This document shows, piece after piece, positions 56,029-64,000 of a DNA stretch of 64,000 bases. Location of the stretch: positions 1 through 64,000 of the IMG/VR virus record IMGVR_UViG_3300028591_000073. One strand, given 5' to 3'. Numbering within the stretch: the first letter of the stretch is position 1; each line of letters starts with the position of its first letter. Made by a program: the position numbers and the translations under genes. Below the pieces are notes generated by a model. It was not told the DNA's origin. It was given only the letters and a program-made list of their open reading frames with translations, and made no database searches. This DNA is from a virus. Lineage: Duplodnaviria; Caudoviricetes.

Positions 56029-56605
56029 CCTTCTTTCTTAATTTCATAATATTCTTAATACATTCTGGAATTTTTGTCATATAAGTGATTGTGATTTCAT
56101 ATCGTGGTGTAGCTGAATAATACTTGTTGGAATTTAATTCAATCACCAATGAGTCATCTGCGAGAATACCTCGATGACCACGTTTCTTGTTCGGTTGTAT
56201 TTGATCCATCGCCGATTTACAGTAGTTATCAATATCACCTGTATGTGCCCACGGGCGAAGTATTTTCATCTCAGCCAATAACTTTTGTGCTTTTGAGAAA
56301 GATGTTGGTGTTTTTGCGTAGATATCAACATTCATCTTACATGGTGTATCAATCCATAGATCTCCAAGCTTGGGTAATACGTTCTTATTGAAAAAGGCAG
56401 CATTTTTGTATGCTCCTGGAACGTAAACTCGATATCCAGATAACCTGGGTCTTTGGGATGGCTTTGGTTCATTATTTACAACAATCTTTACCGTAGACCA
56501 ACCGATATGGCTCCAGTATCCAATGACAGTTGCAACATTATTCAGTATGGAATTAGAATATTCCTCTCGCATCTTCAATTCATTTTCATGATTTACATCA
56601 GACAC
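56021..56605 (-). CDS. rusA: RusA-family Holliday junction resolvase
   Basis: EPKPSQRPR, GDIDNYCKSAMD, DDSLV motifs; GAGGAGGT SD before GTG. Confidence 0.85.
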   Translation of the reverse strand: MSDVNHENELKMREEYSNSILNNVATVIGYWSHIGWSTVKIVVNNEPKPSQRPRLSGYRVYVPGAYKNAAFFNKNVLPKLGDLWIDTPCKMNVDIYAKTPTSFSKAQKLLAEMKILRPWAHTGDIDNYCKSAMDQIQPNKKRGHRGILADDSLVIELNSNKYYSATPRYEITITYMTKIPECIKNIMKLRKKDD

Positions 56606-56623
56606 GAAATCACCTCCTCATAG

Positions 56624-57979
56624 TTAATTCGCATAGATTCGATAGTTAATCAGAATTTCCCAGTTTTGAGAAATCGGAATACTATTGAATGTATAATATG
56701 TGACCAGTTTGATTCTCTGTGCTTCATCCAATGTCAAGTTTACAGTATCAGCATCTTGTAATTTAGTCAAGAAATTATCTTCCACATACTGAATGGTGTC
56801 ATCCTGATTATAGAATGCTTGTGCACCGATATTACTATCAGCGGAAAATTCTTGTTGCAACAACTGATAATTCTCAACTGGATATTCATCAGATTCCAAA
56901 TCTTCTGCAGTAAAGTCAGGAATTGCTTCAATAAATGCTTGAATATTGCTTTGACTGATTGTAGATGCAAGTGGTCTTAGAATCGTTTTGATTTCGGTTG
57001 CTAATAACTTGAACATCTTATTTTGATTGGATGTTGGGGTTTTATTACCTTTTGCAGTATATACAATCTTCAAGAAATCATAAATCTTTTGATTGTAACA
57101 TGTTTCGATGATAGAACGTTCACCCAAAACAGTATCAAATGCAACCAACCCGAGTTCATTGATTTGTGCAGTACTGGTAACACCAGCATGCTTGAAGTAA
57201 TCTTGGCAATCCGTATCGGAAATGGATAATTTGCATTCCACATATGTCTCAATACGATTTGTCTTCCAAACAGTTGTATCTGTATCAGGACCAAGATAGT
57301 TCTGTGTAACTGGATCGACATAATCCCATCTCTGATCATCTACCCACCAAGAATGATAGATATGTGGGGTGGAATCAAACTTCTTAATGTATGCCGCCTT
57401 TACAATTTTACCAACATTCGCATCTTCATTACCAAAGTAACAACCAAGATATTTACCAGCGGTTGTTGTGTCGGTAGAGGTTGTTTCACGGAATGGAATC
57501 GGATTTCGAAGATTAATAAAGGAATAAGATGTATTCTTTGTGGTAACAGAATCTTCACCAGCACCACCATTACCAATCATAAATCCTTGACAGATATGAT
57601 TTACGGCGATATTATCTTCCATTCTGGTATATCCATCGATTGAACCAGATGCACTTCCTTCTGGTGTATCTTCACCGGGATTAACACCAATTTGCATTCT
57701 GTTATTCAAATCTGGAATTGCCAATGTGGTATCTCTTGTCAAATCATCTGTCACTTTACCGTGAGAACTGTCCAAGAACAAACCGAACATCTTCATCAAT
57801 ATCCATTGATACCCACCCAGTACGATCGTGTTCTCACTTTCATCCCAGAATGAAACTTCACCAGTTTCTTTGTTCTTACGATAAATCTGAATGACACCAC
57901 GAAGGCCATGTTTTTCTTCAGCTAATGACGATTTATCCTTGAATGACATTTGTTCATTTGCAATGTATTCTTTTTGCAT
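56624..57979 (-). CDS. Baseplate/tail structural protein
   Basis: NTIVLGG...FMIGNGG...INELGL pattern seen in tail-collar/baseplate proteins; AGGAGG SD favours ATG 57979. Confidence 0.55.
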   Translation of the reverse strand: MQKEYIANEQMSFKDKSSLAEEKHGLRGVIQIYRKNKETGEVSFWDESENTIVLGGYQWILMKMFGLFLDSSHGKVTDDLTRDTTLAIPDLNNRMQIGVNPGEDTPEGSASGSIDGYTRMEDNIAVNHICQGFMIGNGGAGEDSVTTKNTSYSFINLRNPIPFRETTSTDTTTAGKYLGCYFGNEDANVGKIVKAAYIKKFDSTPHIYHSWWVDDQRWDYVDPVTQNYLGPDTDTTVWKTNRIETYVECKLSISDTDCQDYFKHAGVTSTAQINELGLVAFDTVLGERSIIETCYNQKIYDFLKIVYTAKGNKTPTSNQNKMFKLLATEIKTILRPLASTISQSNIQAFIEAIPDFTAEDLESDEYPVENYQLLQQEFSADSNIGAQAFYNQDDTIQYVEDNFLTKLQDADTVNLTLDEAQRIKLVTYYTFNSIPISQNWEILINYRIYAN

Positions 57980-58007
57980 ATTTGCATTCCTCCTACAATA
58001 AATGTTA

Positions 58008-58901
58008 TTATGAAATATTGTAATCGCTGTCTTCATAAATGTTAGTTAAATCCCACTGACCATAGTCCCTTGATGCTGAATCATGAGTTCCTAGTAAATA
58101 AGAACCTTTTGTCCATCCATAACTATTTGCGAATATCGGGAATGATGTTTGGTCGCTCCACAAACATTTCAGTCGAATCTTCATCAAGCATTGATAAGTA
58201 GATGGTGTTGCACCCGGAAATGTTGATTTGGAATAATTCTGTTTGTTTGCACCAGCTTCTGTATATTGTGCACGTGTAACCATAAACAATGCATAAATCT
58301 TTTGTGGAGCGGTCAACTTCTCAATGGTACTTCCATTTTTTGTATAAGTGGTCAAACAAGGAAATCTGGTACCGTCTTCATAGATTCTTGTTGAACCAAC
58401 CGTCGTTCCATAGACCACATCGGAAAATGCAATTAATGAACCGGGTCTCGGGGTTACTCGAGATGCGGCATAAGAACCATCAGATTCTTTTGCTGCATAA
58501 AAGCGTTGTAAATTGATTTCTCGAACCAAATCATCTGCGGATTTTAAATCATCTGCAGTTGCAACAGATGGGTCTTTTGTACGAAGGATACGAACACGGT
58601 CTGGATCATCTGCATCATCAGAAGACCACAATCGTTTTGTTCGCAACATGCAAAATACATAACATCTCCCAACAACTCTGGCATTGCCATAAATGGTTCT
58701 TTCATCACCAGTTTCATTTGGTTTGGTGATCACACTCCATTCATCCGTACATTGGTCACTGAGTGTCTTCTGACCTTTTGCCCAAATCCCATTTTCAGAA
58801 CCTTTTAATTCTGTTGATTTAGAAGCATCCAATGCAACAGTGAGTTCACCATCATCGGTGATTTTGATTCCCTTTCCAGCTTCAATATCAATCGATGGCA
58901 T
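58008..58901 (-). CDS. Tail-fibre-like structural protein (MPxI(E/D) group)
   Basis: AGKGIKITDDGELTV beta-spiral-like repeat; TAATG stop/start overlap at 58901. Confidence 0.55.
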   Translation of the reverse strand: MPSIDIEAGKGIKITDDGELTVALDASKSTELKGSENGIWAKGQKTLSDQCTDEWSVITKPNETGDERTIYGNARVVGRCYVFCMLRTKRLWSSDDADDPDRVRILRTKDPSVATADDLKSADDLVREINLQRFYAAKESDGSYAASRVTPRPGSLIAFSDVVYGTTVGSTRIYEDGTRFPCLTTYTKNGSTIEKLTAPQKIYALFMVTRAQYTEAGANKQNYSKSTFPGATPSTYQCLMKIRLKCLWSDQTSFPIFANSYGWTKGSYLLGTHDSASRDYGQWDLTNIYEDSDYNIS

Positions 58902-59314
58902 TAACTCCACTCTCCTTTGTATGTTTCATTTTTGGCATAAGATTCCTTTGGCCAAAAAGTAACACTCAAATCATATCCATCATTTGTCATGAGTTCAGTA
59001 AACAGACCAATCAAATTAACACCGTCTCTACCTTCCACTCCAGTTGCTCCAGTTTCTTTCACGTCACCATTTGTATCGTTCCAGTTTGCCAAACGTGTAC
59101 ATGAGGAATCAGCGCCAATCTGTTCTAGATGGACATCATATTCTCCAATGACACCATTCAATGGTAGATAACCTGTTGCCTCTATCTCTTTTAATGTCAA
59201 TTCACCTTTATCATTAAATTCCAATCGATTTGCCGATCGTTTGGATAATTGTAATGACAAACCATCATCATTTGATACCAATGATGTATCTGTTGTAATT
59301 TCAATCACTGGCAT
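58901..59314 (-). CDS. Small tail-fibre-like structural protein (MPxI(E/D) group)
   Basis: MPVIEITTDTSL...NRLEFNDKGEL; TAATG overlap at 59314. Confidence 0.55.
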   Translation of the reverse strand: MPVIEITTDTSLVSNDDGLSLQLSKRSANRLEFNDKGELTLKEIEATGYLPLNGVIGEYDVHLEQIGADSSCTRLANWNDTNGDVKETGATGVEGRDGVNLIGLFTELMTNDGYDLSVTFWPKESYAKNETYKGEWS

Positions 59315-60066
59315 TACCAATCACCTGCAATTCCTAAAGAAGCCCAAGATACTGGCTTATTACCCGGCAACCCGATTAACTCATCAACACCTTCGGTTGA
59401 TTGTTTTAGTATGGGTTGTCCACAGATCGGACAAATCTTTGGTGCTTCATAATTATTTTCATTCACACTTGTTACTTCATTTCCTTCTGCTTCAGGATCA
59501 TATGCGGGATTATCAGTTTGATTATAATAATATTTTGGATTACCGTGTTCACAATATCCATCATATGGATAGATTAATTGACCACATCCAGAACATGTTC
59601 TTGTTATTGGACCTGGTGATACTTCCGTGATGATGAAGTATTCATATCTGTTTTCATCTACTTTGACACGGAAGAAATCTCCCGGTAATACCCAATCGAT
59701 TTCCGGACGAAATTTGTCTTCTTCATTTTTTCCAGATACTAAAGTTGGCACTCTGGTTGCTTCATCATCTGTATCAAACGTAGCATCCCAACAACGATGT
59801 GCTTGACAATCACAACAGATGTAGTTATCAAATTGATCATTATCTCCATTATAGTTTGCATCCCATGGACTCATATCTGTATTGATGTAATAATAATGGA
59901 GTTTCTTTTTCAATTTAATACCACCAGAACCATCAGAGGTGCTACCGTTCACATATAATCCATCTGCGTATACACATAAATCATTATTTGGTGTGACAGC
60001 ATCCAATTTTACTTGTAATTTAGAAGTGGACAAACCATCACCCGTATTCAATTCAATTAATGGCAT
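59314..60066 (-). CDS. Structural protein with inserted Cys-rich zinc-ribbon-like segment (MPxI(E/D) group)
   Basis: MPLIELNTGDGL...NDLCVYADGLYV; CSGC...CEHG...CPIC. Confidence 0.55.
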   Translation of the reverse strand: MPLIELNTGDGLSTSKLQVKLDAVTPNNDLCVYADGLYVNGSTSDGSGGIKLKKKLHYYYINTDMSPWDANYNGDNDQFDNYICCDCQAHRCWDATFDTDDEATRVPTLVSGKNEEDKFRPEIDWVLPGDFFRVKVDENRYEYFIITEVSPGPITRTCSGCGQLIYPYDGYCEHGNPKYYYNQTDNPAYDPEAEGNEVTSVNENNYEAPKICPICGQPILKQSTEGVDELIGLPGNKPVSWASLGIAGDW

Positions 60067-60079
60067 ATTAACACCTCCA

Positions 60080-62491
60080 TTATGCTGGTTTTATTTTTCC
60101 CTCGTAATCTGGATATTTTGTAACATACAACGTTTCAAGATCAGACGTTGTTAATCCAATACTCAATTCTGTTGCGGTTTTACCCAGTCTAGCTCCCAGA
60201 TGTAATAACATACCATAGCTAACAAAGTTTTCCACATAATCATTTTTATATAAAATGGATTTGCTATCGGATACCAATTTATCATAATCCAACCCATCCG
60301 TAGAATGGTACAATGTTGCAATTCTTGTTTTTAAATCAACAAATGTCATATCATCCAACACATGATTTTCATCAAAGATTCCACTATTTCGCAATTGTGA
60401 CATGGTAAATTGGAATAACAAAAGTTGTGGGAAATCCTCTTCAATATATTTTAAGCGTAAACCATCACCCAAACGGAATATGGTTTTTGTTTCCGAACCA
60501 TCCAGCAACTGATCTTCATGCATGATTTGATGTCGATTTGGATTGTTAACAATCTCATTCAGATATTGATAAGACCCATCTCCATATTGGAATTCAATAA
60601 TTCGATCAAATGAGGTATCCGCACCGAATGCACTATCTGCAATTTCAATACGTCCATAATCATCGAATGTCAAACCATTGCCGATACGCACATTCACTTT
60701 CCCTTGTGTATTGAAATCTTCACCATGTTCTGGTACTGCTGTTGGCATGATTTCCAAACCTTTCCCAACATTCACCATGAGTCCACCTGTAAAGGGTAAG
60801 TCAAATGGTGATGAAACATTTGCATCTTTCAATAATCGTTCACTATCGACTGTTTCATCTAGTCCTAAATCAGCCCATGTTAATGCTCCATGTTTATTGG
60901 CATCATATGCATCAATTACTTTTAATCCAGAGATGGGGATTAAAGTAATTGCAGTGTCACCACCATCTTCAACCTCATTTTTCCATTTCACAAGATTAAT
61001 ACCGATGAATGTTGGTTTGTTAAGATAACCCTCATGAGATTCCAATTGTGTTTGATCCAGATGGTATGGTGTATTTGCAAACCAGTTATCAATTCTAGAG
61101 GATGATAGTTCTGTTGATGCATTCTTTAATTCTGGTTTTAAACCATATTCATCATAAGAGTATGTCATTAATGATGCATCTGTCGGAATAAACAGTCCAC
61201 CTTGTCTGGTAGATGCGGTTGTATAAATTGTATGAATTCCTTCTGGAGTAAACTTCCAATTCATTTGTGAATTCGGGATAGACTTATTGTAATTACCATC
61301 ATTTGCCACATTTGCAATGTCATATTGTGTTGGTTTTGATAAAGCTTGAATGCCGGATGTATCGCCGATTGTATCCACTCTCAAAATACTGTCATTGATA
61401 TGTCGAATCGTGTTTGGTGTTTGATATACAGAATCTGTTGTCAAACCCCATGATGCTGCTTGCTTTATTGCAATAAGTCTTAACATCCAATTACCAGTGT
61501 TACTGGAATGACTCAAAATACCAACCAATGTATTATGATGAATCAATTCTGGTGTGATCGACAAAGAATCAATATTTTCAATTTGAGCAATATCATTTTC
61601 ACTATTTGTGATAATGATATATGCACTAGATATCCCATCTTCCAATAATTTAAAACCTGCTATATTGGAAATACTGTCATAATTTAATTTAAATAAAGAT
61701 TGACCTGTTGTCTTATTAATCACATTTCGATCATTAATTCTGACATATATATTTGGAGCTGATTCATCTCCATAATGATCATCTGTCAATAATAACCCAT
61801 CTAATGCATTATTTAAATTTGAAAAATCATAGATGGAATTAAAAGTATACAATAAATGTCCTGTTGTATTCCAGTCTACAGATAATCCATCATCTGCATT
61901 ATATAATACATTTGCTAATATAGCAGATATACCTACTTCCAATTTTCCATTTTGGTAAATGAGGCTTTGGTCTGTTTCACCAACTGTATTGATGGCTTTG
62001 TGTCCAGATATATACAATGCATCATTGTTTGTATCATATTTCAAATAACCAATCATACCACGATATTCGTTGTTTTCATCAATCGATTGTATATAGAACA
62101 ATACGTTGTCATAGATTGGGTCATTATGGTTCTCCATCCAATCATCCAATGATGCTTGTGTATCTGCCAATATGAGTCTCTTGTTTGCAAACATTTGGAC
62201 GATGGCATCATCTGTCCATTCTTTGATTTCTGCATAAGACACATTGTCTACATTTCCCAAACCAACATCAGATGCGTCCAATACAACAACACCTGTTCTA
62301 TTGTTAACAGAATTCACAACACGTGTGAGTTTGTCATTGATCATTTCTACAAGATAATCCAACTTGACATCCAACGATGCTCCAGTCACAGGATCTTCAA
62401 CAGATGTGGTATCTGTTTTTGGATAAATATCGGATAATACAACTTCTTGTCCAACAATCTCTTGTTCTTTTAATTGCACTTTCTTCTCCAT
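60080..62491 (-). CDS. Tail fibre / baseplate-associated fibre protein
   Basis: VNSVNNRTGVVVLDASDVGLGNVDN fibre repeat and VGKGL/IGNGL/LGDGL repeats. Confidence 0.7.
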   Translation of the reverse strand: MEKKVQLKEQEIVGQEVVLSDIYPKTDTTSVEDPVTGASLDVKLDYLVEMINDKLTRVVNSVNNRTGVVVLDASDVGLGNVDNVSYAEIKEWTDDAIVQMFANKRLILADTQASLDDWMENHNDPIYDNVLFYIQSIDENNEYRGMIGYLKYDTNNDALYISGHKAINTVGETDQSLIYQNGKLEVGISAILANVLYNADDGLSVDWNTTGHLLYTFNSIYDFSNLNNALDGLLLTDDHYGDESAPNIYVRINDRNVINKTTGQSLFKLNYDSISNIAGFKLLEDGISSAYIIITNSENDIAQIENIDSLSITPELIHHNTLVGILSHSSNTGNWMLRLIAIKQAASWGLTTDSVYQTPNTIRHINDSILRVDTIGDTSGIQALSKPTQYDIANVANDGNYNKSIPNSQMNWKFTPEGIHTIYTTASTRQGGLFIPTDASLMTYSYDEYGLKPELKNASTELSSSRIDNWFANTPYHLDQTQLESHEGYLNKPTFIGINLVKWKNEVEDGGDTAITLIPISGLKVIDAYDANKHGALTWADLGLDETVDSERLLKDANVSSPFDLPFTGGLMVNVGKGLEIMPTAVPEHGEDFNTQGKVNVRIGNGLTFDDYGRIEIADSAFGADTSFDRIIEFQYGDGSYQYLNEIVNNPNRHQIMHEDQLLDGSETKTIFRLGDGLRLKYIEEDFPQLLLFQFTMSQLRNSGIFDENHVLDDMTFVDLKTRIATLYHSTDGLDYDKLVSDSKSILYKNDYVENFVSYGMLLHLGARLGKTATELSIGLTTSDLETLYVTKYPDYEGKIKPA

Positions 62492-62623
62492 ATCATTCTC
62501 ATCTCCTTCTATTATATATGATATAAAAACGAAATCATAAGTTCGTCAACGTGCGAACACCTATGGTGCACGGACTTACATGTCCGTTCCACCTTTATAT
62601 ATTACACTTAAGGAGGAATTCAC

Positions 62624-64000
62624 ATGCCAGATATTGTTTTAAATAACTATTCGGATGACTCACGAATCAAACAATATATCCAGCAAAACTTGATGTCACG
62701 TGTATTTCACGACATTCCATTGAATGTGTTGAACACCGGTGCATTCAGTATTATTAATGAATACATTTCACAAGCAACTGAACAGATGGCATTCACATCA
62801 TCTTTTTATTTTAATGAATCATTCATCACAAAAGCAGTGTTGCCAGATTCCATTTATGCAGAAGCCGCCATCTTTAATCTGGGATATGCTTTTGCAACTC
62901 CTAGTTGTACGAATCTATTATTGGAACTTCGCATGTCAGATTTGATGAATAATGCAGTTGATAATCCAAATACCGGATTCAAAGAATTCATTTTGGATAA
63001 AGATACCAAGTTTAATCTTCCAAATGGAAATGTATATTCATTGGATTATGACATCTTATTCCAATACAAAACGGTGGAAACTGCAACCAATCATGGTGCT
63101 GCAGCTCCTGCATGGAATATTCAATATACCAATTTTGAACCAAACTGTGTTGCTGTCAATAAAAACCGATATATCGTTTATCGTGTGACAGACACATGGT
63201 TGTGTTTGTTTGTTTCGGTATCTGAATATACGAGAACAAAATATACCGTCATTAATTCTAATACACAAGCCATTCCCAATGAAGATTATCTGATTCAAAC
63301 AGATAGACATATTTGTGGATTCGATGTCACATATGTCTACACGGATACGGATGGAAATGAAGTTAGAAAACCATTATCCAGAGATCATATCTTAGCAATC
63401 CATGATGATGTAAAGGATATGGAACCATATGTACATTACATCATGGACAATCCAAAAACGATTCGTCTCATGTTTCAATTAATGGGAACTCGTTTCTTTG
63501 TACCGAAAATGAACTCTTCATTTGAGATTGTGGTGTACACTTCTCATGGACAAGCTGCTAACTTCACGGAAGCTCCATCCGTACAACCCAGTGTCATTAC
63601 AGCCACAACCAAATATCCGAATAATGCAAATGTAACAAAAGCCGCATTTGTCATTAGTGGTTCTTTGGGCGGCACGGATATTGGGAATACCGAAACACTT
63701 CGTCGAGAAACCATCGAAGCATATAATACCGCAAATGTTATTTCCACAGATCATGATATTGATGAATGGTTTAAGACATTTTATTTCAAGAATATCTTAT
63801 ATCCCTTTTTCTATAAACGACGCGATGATCCATGGGGAAGAATTTGGAGTGGTTATCTTGCATTGAAAGATGACAATGATAATGTATATCGGACGAACAC
63901 ATTACATGGTAAAATTCCATATTATATGTTATTCAACAACTCCGACAACACCATTACACAAAATGAAATTGTCATTCCACCTGGCTGGATTTGGAGATAT
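62624..64000 (+). CDS. Baseplate wedge subunit, T4 gp6-like, 3'-truncated (absent from the ORF track)
   Basis: AAGGAGG SD, ATG 62624, MPDIVLNNYSDD...FNESFITKAVLPDSIYAEAAIFNLGY matches the gp6 N-terminal pattern. A GGTDIGNTETLRRE baseplate-J-like motif occurs later and the frame appears open to the window end. Confidence 0.8.
   Translation, partial: MPDIVLNNYSDDSRIKQYIQQNLMSRVFHDIPLNVLNTGAFSIINEYISQATEQMAFTSSFYFNESFITKAVLPDSIYAEAAIFNLGYAFATPSCTNLLLELRMSDLMNNAVDNPNTGFKEFILDKDTKFNLPNGNVYSLDYDILFQYKTVETATNHGAAAPAWNIQYTNFEPNCVAVNKNRYIVYRVTDTWLCLFVSVSEYTRTKYTVINSNTQAIPNEDYLIQTDRHICGFDVTYVYTDTDGNEVRKPLSRDHILAIHDDVKDMEPYVHYIMDNPKTIRLMFQLMGTRFFVPKMNSSFEIVVYTSHGQAANFTEAPSVQPSVITATTKYPNNANVTKAAFVISGSLGGTDIGNTETLRRETIEAYNTANVISTDHDIDEWFKTFYFKNILYPFFYKRRDDPWGRIWSGYLALKDDNDNVYRTNTLHGKIPYYMLFNNSDNTITQNEIVIPPGWIWRY

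Noticed and set aside
1-64000. Stop-codon reassignment
   Set aside because: The standard code already gives long, densely packed ORFs up to 3264 aa.
1-64000. tRNA or rRNA genes
   Set aside because: Intergenic gaps are short and none showed a cloverleaf or rRNA-like sequence by eye; tRNAscan was not run.

Overview
This window is part of the virion-morphogenesis region of a large, AT-rich lytic phage, probably a jumbo myovirus. The host is probably Gram-positive (Bacillota), judged from strong AAGGAGG-type Shine-Dalgarno (SD) sites and several peptidoglycan hydrolase domains. A stand-alone C-terminal RNA polymerase beta fragment, a T4 gp21-like prohead protease, a large major capsid protein, and gp25-, gp6- and gp13-like baseplate/neck proteins suggest the phiKZ/AR9(PBS1)-type lineage, which encodes its own split multisubunit RNA polymerases. 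A 3264-aa tape-measure/lysin, RusA and tail-fibre genes are also present. Main observations: (1) At least nine otherwise unrelated proteins share an ungapped ~23-aa motif, followed by a Phi-x-E protease-type site and an amphipathic helix. This looks like a modular capsid cargo-loading system, and its payloads include two tandem Ser/Thr-kinase-like proteins. (2) A head polyprotein carries two permuted papain-like amidase domains separated by protease-type sites, next to a zincin protease. (3) The tape-measure protein has an internal C39-like peptidase bracketed by repeated G(S/R)GD motifs, suggesting self-processing. (4) An identical 52-bp pseudoknot+SD leader lies 48 kb apart in inverted orientation, in front of two orphan acidic early genes, with a covarying second pseudoknot in tandem at one site. 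(5) Eight GC-rich intergenic palindromes occur, six centred on CATATG. All calls come from reading motifs by eye; no database searches were run.
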